A DNA stretch of 60,681 bases, the filler included, from Nemertoderma westbladi (Eukaryota; Animalia; Xenacoelomorpha), in NCBI GenBank assembly GCA_032718475.1. It is 3 parts of 3 records of this genome, joined end to end, with 100 filler letters (N's around TTAATTAATTAA, not from the genome) between each part and the next. Parts side by side here need not be neighbours in the genome. Positions count along the whole stretch, not along the records: positions 44,431 to 60,681 come from JAUCBJ010004909.1; 2 more parts are not named here. One strand, 5' to 3'. The notes beneath the pieces were generated by a model. It did not search any database, was not told the DNA's origin, and saw only the letters and a program-made list of their open reading frames with translations. This document shows, piece by piece, positions 47,040 to 58,917 of the stretch; the stretch's first letter is position 1; every line of letters begins with the position of its first letter. Both the position numbers and the translations under genes were made by a program.

Positions 47040-49278
47040 GGGTCCGAGTTTGCATTCGTCAGGAGAATGGACTCCTCCACAATATTGCAGCGGACTGGGC
47101 GGCGAGAAGCTGATCTACAGCCACGCAGACGAGCAGCGACGACCTCAGCAACGCGAAACTCAGTCACCGGCGAACCCAGGTGATACTGTCGGAGTACCGG
47201 ACCTCCCTTTTGTCCGCGATCTTGTGGGCCAGGCGAGTAACAAACTGCGTGGTGGCTTTGGACATCCCGCCGAAAGCCGTGAAGATGAGGGGAGTGAAGT
47301 TGTCGTGTTCAACCTCCCTCACCCACTCCTCGTACTTCCGGATCTTTCGGTCCTCGTGATGGCGATGGGTGGCATCCAAAGACATAGCGCCGTTCTTAGC
47401 GGCCAGCGGGTTGAATACTGAAACGTCGATGAAGGTCCTCTGGAAGCAGTTGCCCCAGAAGCCACTCACCGAAACCTCCAGCCGCGCCTGCTGGTCAGTC
47501 AAAGCGGATCGGAGGGCGAACTGCTCGCCTGTCAGTGGCTGGATCATCGGCTCAACTGCCACATTGTGCGCCACCTCGGTAAGGGAATCAGCCACGAAAT
47601 CGCGGATCTCGTTGTGCCTTATGGAGGGGAAACCTCCAGTAGGGCACGACAGAATATGCGAAGCGGAAAATCGCTCCCCACAGGCACAACGAGCTGGGAG
47701 ATCCTTAGGGGACCACCCGTAACGTAGACTCAGGGCGTCTCAGAAATCTTCCTTATCTAGGTGAGTTTGAACTTGGGTTAGCGGTTTGGTATTAAGCCAA
47801 GTTGAAGCGCCTTTCTCTGAGGTTAACTCACACAACTTGCAATGGTTTGGCGAGATATTCCTGTAAACCTCATCTGTTTTAGTTTTCAGGTGCAGTGCCC
47901 CACGAACGTTCAGCGCGGCCAATGCCAGCTTCTGCTGCTCCTGGATCACCGACATCGAATGGGTATCGGCTAGATGAAACGGTTCACACATATCGCGCGA
48001 ATTGCCGTACTGTGCGTCGAGGTCAGCGGGAACTGGAACGCCCAATCCACCGTGCCGGACTAGCAGGGACAGCAGCTGTCTTTCTTCCGACAAAATCGAC
48101 GCTCTGCCGGTGATCTCGCAGAGGAAAAGTTCTACCGACTCTTCGAGTTTCACGAAGTGGTCGGTTGCACCAGGAACTACCCGCGACACGTACCGCCACC
48201 AGCACGACAAATCGAACACCAGCCCGGCGTACGCGCAGTGGGGATCCACCGCAGCTATGTCGGTGATCCGGTCGACCTGGGCCGTAAACTCCTCCACTTT
48301 CTTCGCAGTATATTCGCGTCAAAACTCCTCCATCCCGATAACCCCACCGAGGAGTTCGTGGCCAACCATGTTTATTATGACGCCGGTATTGGCAAATAAT
48401 TCCTCAGCCTCCTCCCGCTTATCCAGCTTAACAGTTAGGTGAGACTTCGATGGGTAGTATCCGTACAGCGGGCCAAGTCGAGACACGATGTCCCAGTACT
48501 TACGCAGTTCGACGAGCTTCCTGGCTGCATTCCCATCATCCGCAAACCATCGCTGAAGGATCATACAGCTCTCGCCCAACATCCTGATAAATGGCAAGGT
48601 CCCGCTCCCAAACATCGCCATGGCAACTGGGTCATCCTGGGTATTACCCTCCTCGGAGAGCAAGGAGTCTCCGCCAACAAACAACCGGGATGGGCGACTG
48701 TAGCAGTTGGTTACGACTGTGTGTAATGCGGACACACCGCGCGAATATTGTGCAACATAGCCTGTCTGTTAAGAACATTAAACGCGTTTGTTGCGTCTAT
48801 CTGTAGCACTGCGTTGCAGTCATCATCATCGAATGCATCATTGAGGCTGTGGATAGCGAACTCAATGCCGGCTTTCTGGCCGAGACAGAGTTGAATCCCT
48901 CCTCCAACAGCCTGGAGATCCTTATGGATGCAGTATATAATTGACTTACCGATGACCCGATGGAGAACCTCTCCGATCCCTACGGGTCGAACTCAGGGGA
49001 TCTTATCCAGCGCCAGTAGACGCAAGTTTAGCAACGCGGATATCGAATCCGGAGGAAACACCTTCTGCGCGATCTGTTTCGCCCACTCCGCCATCTGGTT
49101 GGCCAGGCCGGTTGACTCCGTCCGAAACTTTGTCAGGAGGTGTTTCCACCCCTGCACATCCAACCCGGACAGCCATGGCAGCATTCCCCTTCATCCGGAG
49201 TAAACTCGACAGAATTACCTCCCCGTTAATTGCCTCAAATATAACTTCATGATGCTCCGGCGCACCGCTAAACTCCAA
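47040..49278 (-). pseudogene. CRE-like (restriction-like endonuclease) non-LTR retrotransposon, degenerate
   Basis: RT pieces DATNAFN, SEEGNTQDDPVAMAMF, WFADD, GGLGV; CCHC-like knuckle CACG..SHILSC..GG; RLE region VEP..ARLEVSVSGFW..FIDVSVFNP..K.RKY..FTPLIFTAFGG. Multiple stops and frameshifts. Confidence 0.85.
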
Positions 49279-51499
49279 ATAAATAACAAATATTTAACAA
49301 ATATTAACTGCAACTTTGTTGTAAATAACAAATATTTACAGAGATTAACTGCAAATATTATATATAAATACAGCAGTAATCAGTCAATCCAGTTAGTTAC
49401 TGTCTGCCGGTTAGTCAGCTCTGCAGTGTCGTCAGCAGCCAGGTCATTAACTATGATTTCACATGTCCCACCAAGAAGTTACTAGGCCAACACACAATCT
49501 GCTCTGCTATCAGCAAAACAGTAGAATGAGCTTCTGCCAAGCTGAACCTAAGAGTTCTAAAAATCATGACATCATGGCACGTTTCTCATCAACTACGAAT
49601 AAAAAGATGCCATACGTCAATGCCCATCTTTGTTTACATTCTCAAAGAAAAGCTGTACCGAGAAAATTAAAAGCAGATTTTATTGGTTGATTATCTTTTG
49701 CGTGTATGCTACTGCTGCAACCAAACACTTACAGGCGTGTGGACTCCAGCGGTTTTGGCATTTAAGGGCCGAGTAGTAGTGGTTAGGGCTTAGAGGCAAT
49801 TAATAATATACACATTTTAGGACGCAAAAGCTTCAACACCACTCCCAAAAGTAGGACTCTTTGATAAAAAGTTCCTACTTTCTAATGAGTCTACTACTTG
49901 AAACGATTCACTACTCTAATTTGTTCTCCTTAGTTCTTCTTTATGTAACTTTCTAACAGTTTCTTTCTCTTTTGATAAGTCACCTTGGGAGTCACCTTGT
50001 ATTGGGAATGACCAGGTTTCGATTAGTCAACCACCAGTCTAAGTACCTGGTAGACTAGGGTTAACAATCATCCTCCACCTAGGGACGCTGAGTAATCGAG
50101 TCCAGGAACTGAACTATAAACCAAGAAATAGATTTTAGAAATTATATAGATTATATAAATTTACAATTCACTTTATTAAACTGAGATAAGCTGAGATCTT
50201 TTACCACTTGTACAATGTACATCCAGGCGTAACTTACATTTTCTATTTTATCATAAGCCTTTACCTATCTTTGATCGAATCACTTCCAGTGCATTCCTTA
50301 CAATATTATTCTCAATCTCTGTAGGTTGTTGCATTAGCATTAGACCTGGTTTAACACTCTGATTGAAAGAGGATGTCATCAGCCCCAGACTGGCGAGATA
50401 GTCGATATGACACAATACGATGCAAAATATGAAAAAAAGTTTTGTGTTGTTTTCTTATTGTATTTTATCTAAGAGTTGATAAAAAATGTATTGTATTTTG
50501 TATTATACTTAACTTAGAAAATCATATAAATCTCTCTATATATAATAGGCAAATATTTTTTATTTCCTTGTTCCAGTATTCTTGCTACAGCAATAGTGCA
50601 GCTACTGGCTACAACACCCATATAATGAAGGACGTTATGAAACATGGCCCAATAGTAGGCTTTACCATGCCACTTTATGCATACTGGACTACTTTACCTA
50701 GACCTACTGATGCCATTATTTATTGAATAATTTTGAATTTGATGTACGGTACCAATATGGAATAAAATTCAAAACTTCAATTTCGATGTCAAACTAATAC
50801 TAGAATAAAACTATGTTTTATTTCAAAACAAATGTTTTATTTATTTTATTATCTCACTAGAATACTTTATCATAACATCAATGCCTTGTAGGCACAGTTA
50901 GAGTTATCCTCACAAATTCATTTAACCTGTAATTAGATTATATTTCAGTGGACTTTTTATCATTATTCTGCAGTTAATTACAATGTAATTAACGATCCTC
51001 CTGTCTTACACATTTTATTGACATAATTAAACTGTAAGCTGTAACCTCAAGTCACTTGGATTGAGAGTTGGGATTGAGAGAGCTTGTGATTGGACAGAGG
51101 ACTCCATAAAGGTTTGGATTAAAGGTTTGGTAACCATTCGTTTAATTAAGCCGAGAGAATTGTACTCCGGACAACATAGGTTCAAATCCACCATAGGCAT
51201 ACCCTTTTCAAGAATGACTATTGCGTGATATTTGTTAATGTGATTTAGGACAATAATCACAGTGGTACTGTTCTATCCTTCACATCGCAAGTGTAGAAGA
51301 AATAAAGTGAAATATATTAGGTATTAATTATCCCAGATTTTTTAATACAGGGATGGTTTATCAACCGTGCCAGACACGGTAGGCTGGTGCAAAGGGAAGT
51401 ACAGAAGTACTTAAATAATTCACCATGTCAGTATAATTATCAGACTATATCCCTGCATGTAGACGGTAGTTATATTAAAAAACTGTTAAAGTACTTAGA

Positions 51500-52874
51500 C
51501 ACGTACCAACAAACTATCGTGGGATCTGTCTGCTTGTGGTATCTGCCAAAATATACAATAAAATGATTCTATATAGGATTAGGCTTCACATAGAGAAACT
51601 ACTGCGCAAGAGCCAAAACGGATTTCATCCAAGTAGATCAACAATAGCTCAGATACTTGCACTACGGAGACTGATTGAATGAATTAAGTCAAAGAATCTC
51701 CCCGCAGTCATGACTTTTGTGGACTTCAAGAAGGCATTTGAGTCCATCCATAAAGGGGAAAATGCTTGAAATTCTAAGAGCTTATGGAATACCAGAAGTA
51801 ATTGTTGCTGGCATTGGATTGTTATATTGTGACTACTACTACTACTAGGATCGGCATGCTGCATTGCAGCTGCATTTTTAAGAATGCTGTGCCGGCTTGT
51901 CAACAAAATATTATTGAGACACAGAAGATATTGCAACAAAATATATTGTGACACAGAAGCACAGGTACTCTCACCAGATGGTGAAACTGAGTTTTTCTCA
52001 ATCCTGGCTGGTGTACTGCAAGGTGACACATTAGCACCATTACTATTTGTAATTGTGCTGGATTACGCAATGAGGACGGCCACAAAGGGTGAAGATCTGG
52101 GATTCACACTTCAAGAATGCAGAAGTAGTAGATATCCGGCAACAACAGTCACAGACACCGACTTTGCGGATGACATCGCTCTGCTCTCTAATAGGCTAGC
52201 AGATGCACAGCTTCTACTAAATAAAGTGGAGAGGGCTGCTAAGGAGGTTGGATTGCATATAAATGCTACCAAGACCGAATTCATGACCTTTAATGTTGAT
52301 GGAAACTTGACAACCATTGATAATAATCAACTAAGGAAAGTCGATGACTTCCAGTACCTTGGATCATGGATAGAGAGTAGCAAAAAGGACATAGAAGTTA
52401 AGAAAGCAAAGGCTTGGGTAGCTCTATCAAAAATGGATACCATCTGGAAATCAGATCTCTCCAGGCACATGAAGACTAAGTTCTTTCGAGCCACAGTGGA
52501 AAGTGTATTTTTATACGGGGGTGAGACCTGGACACTGACTAAATCACTTGAACAACGAATTGATGGTTGCTACACAAGACTACTAAGGGCAGCCCTAAAC
52601 ATCAGCTGGAGACAACACATGACAAATGCCGAGCTTTATGGTACAATACCACCTGTATCAACCACCCTCCGTGAACGCAGATTAAGATTCATTGGGCACT
52701 GCTGGCGAAGTAAAGACGAGGTCATACCAGATCTACTTCTATATATAGATCAACTTGAAAGGGATACTGAACTTGGGAGAAACGAAATTGCGACAACTAT
52801 GGAGAATCGGGAAGCCTGGAAGTATCTCATTTCCACTGTCCGAGTTCGTTTGCTCGACCTAGTAGTAGTAGTAG
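51500..52874 (+). mobile_element. 5'-truncated RTE LINE (family B), degenerate
   Basis: NYRGICL, FVDFKKAF, GVLQGDTLAP, DFADD, YLGSW, RLRFIGHCWR; (TAG)n tail; 13-bp TSD TAAAGTACTTAGA at 51487-51499 and 52875-52887. Confidence 0.92.
51833..51909 (-). mobile_element. 77-bp 3' end of RTE family A inserted antisense into the family B copy
   Basis: Reverse complement of ~8324-8395 plus a longer (TAG)n; TATATTGTGA on both sides. Confidence 0.9.
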
Positions 52875-53484
52875 TAAAGTACTTAGATCCAAACCTCCAC
52901 CTTAAAGGAAACTGAAAGTAACTTATCACTATATAACAACTCTCTTTTTTTCTATTTGAAATGTATGATTTAGTTATAAATAGTTTTAAATCGTTAGAAT
53001 TAATTTACCCAGTGGACATGACATTGGCGTATACGTTCACTACGCCTTGGTAAAATGTCATTATCAGCTTCGTTGTGGTTATCGAGTTTCTCAGCTATAA
53101 AGTGGGGCCTGAGTAATCGGCATTTTGCGCCACCATGTACATCCCGATGGCAATTTTATATGATAATCACGGTGGTGACCGACATCTACTATGGTACCAG
53201 TGTGGGTCCACCGTTTTGTTTTCTGGTCCTGTATGAGGACTTGGTTTTAAGGGAAGGGAGGTCAGCGGCTGAGTATAACTCGTATATTGTATATTGCATA
53301 ACTCGTAACTTGTATAACTCGGCCGTTTTTAGGCGGAGAGTGGCAGCGGCTGAATCGGTAGTGTCCGCTTCATCACGCCACTTCTGCTCGTATTTCATAT
53401 GGTGCGCAGGGATTCGTGTACATAACAAGCGTCCAATTACACGTTTGCTGGGAGAGGCGCCATCGCCACGGGGGAAGTCGCGGC

Positions 53485-54655
53485 CAATCCCAGGCCAGTA
53501 GACCATCTGGCGAGCTCGCTGTTTGGTGCAAGTCATCCCTTGATATGATGCATGTAAACGCTTGAGGATGTCGCCGCGGGATGCTTTAGGAATTATTATG
53601 CGGTCGTCATAAAGGACGAGATCACGGTGAACAGAAAGTGAGTCACGAATAGACTTATACTGCTTTACCGATTCTGTGGCTGTGTGAATTGTAGTAAAAC
53701 CACAGAGGTTTTGTTGAACTAGCTCTCGATATTCGGAGTCTTTAATAGCAATCCGTAGGAGTTCCTTGACAAAGGGATAATTGTCGCCATCCTTGGTAGG
53801 TACCCCGTCAGTCTCCATACTAAAAACCGTTGCAAGTGCAGCAACTCGGTAGGTGGGATCAATGCCATCATCGGAAGCTGGGTCCTCGATCGGATGCCGA
53901 CTCAGACTATCGCCAATATGGTGTATGCCTCCAGGTTTCCACACGAGATGGAACTGGTATGCGGATTGAAGATTTGCTTTAATTCTCCGAATTTTTGAAT
54001 TTTCCACCTGATCGAGTGTGTAATTATTAAAAAGAGTGAGTAACAGTCGATGATTGGTCACTACTGTAAAGTTAGAAAGTCCTTCTAGATATAAACGACA
54101 TTTGGAAATACCGTATTTTATTGCGGCACACTCGAGTTCAATAGTCACCAACCTCGTCTCGCAATCCGTTAGGAAGCGACTACCGCAAGTGAAGAGTTTA
54201 TAAATATCGCCATGTCGTTGTATTAAATCATATCCCATCCCGAATTTACGGCTGGCATCAACCTCCAAACGTGTGTCCAGTAATGGATCGAAAGGAGCAT
54301 AACAAGGATTGGGGGCTGGAGTAAAGCGAGTTTCACTGCGCAAAACGCTTCCTCATGCATTGCCGTCCAAATCCACTCATTTTTGGTCCGTAGGATGTCA
54401 CATAATGGGACTGCAGCAGCACTGATAGTTGAGAAGAAACAGCCGAGTTGGATAGCCAACCCCATGAAACTACAAAGATCTGTAATGTTCTGCGGATTTT
54501 CATAGTCTTGTATGGCTCAAACCTTCTCTGGGTCCGCCTCAGTTCCGTCTGCAGATATAATGCAACCTGCGAATTTCACATTTGTTTGGGCAAAGTTAAA
54601 TTTTTTGGGATTTAATGTAATCGAGTTATCGCGGCAACGTTGCAACATGGAAATG
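53485..54655 (-). pseudogene. Ty3/Gypsy pol fragment (RT end, RNase H, integrase zinc-binding domain)
   Basis: LEVDAS, IELECAAI, FTVVTNHR.L, KPG..H..GDSLSR, RIIIP..LH..YQGM..K.RARQ.VYWPG; frameshifted; no LTRs seen. Confidence 0.85.
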
Positions 54656-54866
54656 TAGACATAATCGCCTCAACCTTTAAGCATTGCAATAGAAGGTCCG
54701 CATCTTGGAATCCCATCCCAGCGCCCCCACATAGCGCCGCCATCTATCCATCCATTGGTTGTGATTGGTATCATCCTTAGCAACAAAAAACCACTCAGGA
54801 CTGCGTTATTAACATAAATAATCTCTACTTCAGTTAAAGTTTAACGGTATATACTATATATCCATC

Positions 54867-55960
54867 TTAATCATCGCTATCAAGTATTATTGCCTTTCTT
54901 TTATTCTTTTGTGGTTCTGGTTCTTCAACAACTTCATTACAGGTACCGCTATTATTTGACTTTAACATACGCTTATCTGTCATGACATGAATCACGTCCC
55001 TTATCTCGGTTTCCACACAAGAGTTTGAAAAATCTGGGTTCTTTCCATTTGCCTTTATAATCAACAACACAACTCCCAACTCAATAAGGCAAATTTTTTC
55101 CCTTTAGAGGATTTTCCACTGTATCTGTAGCCATCTCCCTTGTTATTGGTGTTTTGTGCTGCCTCCTGACCGAATGCTTTATTGTCATCCCACCTTCACT
55201 CTTTAATAATTCCAAAAGACTGGGCATCTTTAAGAGGCCCTTTATTTCCTCCAATGAAGATGCAGGTTTAATTTTGACTTCTTCTGATTCATGGATACCG
55301 GTAACCGATTTATCAATCTGTTTACCGGTATTCTTCTTCATTATCCCTAACTGTGTATATAATCTTCTGAGTGAGCGTCAAAATTCACACTTCAAACGAA
55401 AATTAGTTTCTTGGAATTCCCTATCACTAAGATGTGATAATGAACGATTATTCTGGATTTGGCTCATAGTGAGAGAGCTTAACAGATATGTGTCTTCATT
55501 GCTGGTAGCTGCGCTACCAATGCCAACCTCATCGGGCATGTCTTCATTGCTGGTAGTTGCATTGCCAATGGAATTTGGTCCTGGAAATGGTAGAGGTAAA
55601 GATAACGTTGATTTACCTAGTCTGGATTGATGGTTCTCTTCACATGATGACATCAAGGGCGGACCAATCAACTGATAGCTCCTGAAATGAGGTCGTCGAT
55701 CACTCCTGATATCCTGGGTTTGAGTTTCCTGGCGGAGTTGTTTAAATTAATAACCATTAGCGTTCATGTCCTGAGGAAGGTATAGAAGTTATTGTCAATC
55801 ATATTACCATGTAATATAATTTCAGCTCTATAATATTCACCACCACCATATTTTACTTCATATGTATTAACTTTGCCAATTAAGTCCTGTTGAAAATTCC
55901 TAACTTCTCTCTCTAAGTCAACCACCCATATTGCTTTGTCATGCTGACAATATACAATTG
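54867..55960 (-). pseudogene. Degenerate ORF, possibly a DUF4806-like transposon accessory protein
   Basis: Fragments GG.TIKHSVRR..TREMA..KGK.L and YEVKY..YYRAEII resemble that family from memory; broken frames. Confidence 0.3.
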
Positions 55961-57039
55961 GGTGTGTAATATCCATATCAATTATCATATTATGTGTGCA
56001 GTGCATTGTACTTGACACAATGAACCCGGCGCAGCATTCTTGTGAATGTGCTAGGCTGTTGGCCATAGCCGTACTGGTCTGATGTGTCTGACAGTATGTC
56101 TGAAGGCTGGTCCTGGCTGCTTGGCTGCCAGCCATAGGATTAGGTCAGTCAGTCAGTAGTGCAGTAGGCACTGAGTGAGGCCTAGCCAACTGCCATACTG
56201 TAGTCAGGCATTGTTGAGTTGTGTTTCATACTGTACCGGTACTGCTCAAGGCAGTCAGTCAGACAGTCACTCGAGTCACAACCCAAACCCACACAACCAA
56301 CGGTAACAGCAACAGCAACACCACCCACCATCCTGCCACCTGGTAGAGCTGGTAGGCCTACCGTACAGCCGTACCTAACTGTAACACTGTATTGGCCTAC
56401 ACGAACCCAATTTTCCCACCAAAATCATAATTCTTTATAGAATGCTATCAAAGCTTTAATTTATAATTTCTTCAATTCCCATTAGCTGAAAACCATGTTT
56501 AGTTTAAGAGTTATATGGATCTGCAGCTCTACGCTATAATGTACACTGTACAGTAAGTTGATCTGTTAAGATATCTGTGCCTTAATAATACAGTTACTGT
56601 ATCAGTATCTACTGAGTGAAGAGAATGTGACATGTTTGTTCATTTAAGAGTCTACAAAATACCTATAGTACTACTAGGTCGAGCGAACTCGGACAGTGGA
56701 AATGAGATCCTTCCAGACTTCCTGATTCTCCATAGTTGTCGCAATTTCGTTTCCCCCAAGTTCAGTATCCCTTTCAAGTTGATCTATATATGTTATGGCC
56801 AGTCGTCCACAACTTCGCTTTCCATGAGTTGATTGCCAGAAAAGTAGATGTGGTATGACCTCGTCTTTACTTAGCCAGCAGTGCCCACTGAATCTAAATC
56901 TGCGTTCTCAGAGGGTGGTTGATACAGGTATTGTACCATGAAGCTCGGCGTTTGTCATAAGTTGTCTCCAGCTGATGTTTAGGGCTGCCCTTAGTAGTCT
57001 TGTGTAGCAACCATCAATTGGTTGTTCAAGTGATTTAGT

Positions 57040-57381
57040 CAGTGTCCAGGTCTCACCCCCTTATAAAAATACACTTTCCACTGTGGCTCGAAAGAACTTA
57101 GTCTTCAGGTGCCTGGAGAGATCTGATTTCCAGATGGTATCCATTTTTGATAGAGCCACCCAAGCCTTTGCATTCCTAACTTCTATCTCCTTTTTGCTAC
57201 TCTCTATCTATGATCCTAGATACTGGAAGTCATCGACCTTCCTTAGTTGATTATTATCAATGGTTGTCAAGTTTCCATCAACATTAAAGGTCATGAATTC
57301 GGTCTTGGTAGCATTTATATGCAATCCAAGCTCCTTAGCAGCCCTTTCCACTTTTTTTAGTAGAAGCTGTGCATCTGCTAG
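57040..57381 (-). mobile_element. Internal fragment of RTE family B
   Basis: Reverse complement matches ~52196-52540. Confidence 0.88.
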
Positions 57382-58917
57382 AATAGACTAATAGGTTTAA
57401 CCGCTCGCGCTGTACAGAATAAAGGACATTAAGCAGAGGAAATGTAAAGTAATTCCGATATCCAACCAAGCAAATGGCTTGCTTACATGTTCCATGTCGT
57501 CATTTGACATTTATTCTTCTGATTTGACTGTTAAATGGTTAATTATATTCCAGAGGCGTGGGCTACACAGATTCCCCCATACTGTTATCACCAGGTTTCT
57601 ACGGAGATGAATTGGCCATTAACATAATCACTTCTATCAAACTCGTATGTGAACAAGCTAAAAAGATGGAAGGTTAGTTTCTGGTGAATAATTGATCTTA
57701 TCAAACAAAATGTGAGCTGAATATGAAGAATATATATTTACATACTTGTGTGTAACCTGTAAAGTAGTACTTTTACAGTGTGATTATCCGAGCCGAATGG
57801 CTTTGTTACACGAACTAACGTTAGTGAGTGAGTGAAAATTTAGCCACGAGAATCAGAACACTGTAAAAGTACTTTGAAACAAATATGTATGTAGTTTTAT
57901 TCCAAAATTGTACCATTACGAAATGATTGCATATATATATTATAATTGATAGAAACTGCAAAAATTATATTAGTTGCTGTATAAATAAATGGAAAAGTGA
58001 CATAAATTGTGTAATAAATAAGTTCGCTTTCATTTATGGCGGTGTTTGGAGCCATGTTATAATAATATAGCTATAGGCCCTACTGGTTATTAATAGCTAT
58101 TCCCCGCCTACCGGTAGGTAATGCAGTAGGCCTATCTGGCTGTCAGGCAAATTTCCACCTATTGTTTACGTGGTAACCATTGACGCCGTAACTTTACAGC
58201 TCGCCGTCATTGGTTACTACATAAACATGGGCTGACGTATCCAGTTTGATCGATTTATAAGTGTACTTTCCTTAAGCAGTGTTGTTTGCGAATTCAATTC
58301 CACTAACCACCCCATAAAGTTGGGAAACAGTGCCTTTAAGCAATATTGGGAAGCACGAGGTTGATTACCAATCAACCTCGTACCACCCCCAATAAACGGG
58401 GATGACAAACCCCAAAGGGCCGTACACAATGGGGGTCAGAGGTTATACCTCCGGGAGAGGGAAAGTGACAGTAGCGGGGGGGGGGGGGGGGGGGGAACAC
58501 TCCCAGAGAGATGGGAGGTGAGAATTAGGTTACTAGCCAATGGGTGGCAAGCATCCGCTGAGTGATAGGGCCAATGTAGGGTGATTAGATATATATTACC
58601 GGTCGGTGCCCATAACATTCAGTAGTTTGCTCAGTCACATTATTGTTTGCAGTACGGTGACACTTTAAGACCATCACCACCGTCACCAATACACATTATC
58701 ATTACCGGTATACTGTGCTGTCATTACTCTGTCTATCTTATATACCTATATCTTATCAATAATACTGGAAGAATGACAAACTCTTTTCTTTCATTCGCAC
58801 GGTGGGGACGCGTATATAAACCAAACTGGTTGGGATCCTCTGATCCCGTCACAGTCTTAAAGTCTAAGAACTGCCAAATTGTGACTGTCAGCCACCAGAG
58901 AAGAACAGAGTTAAGAG

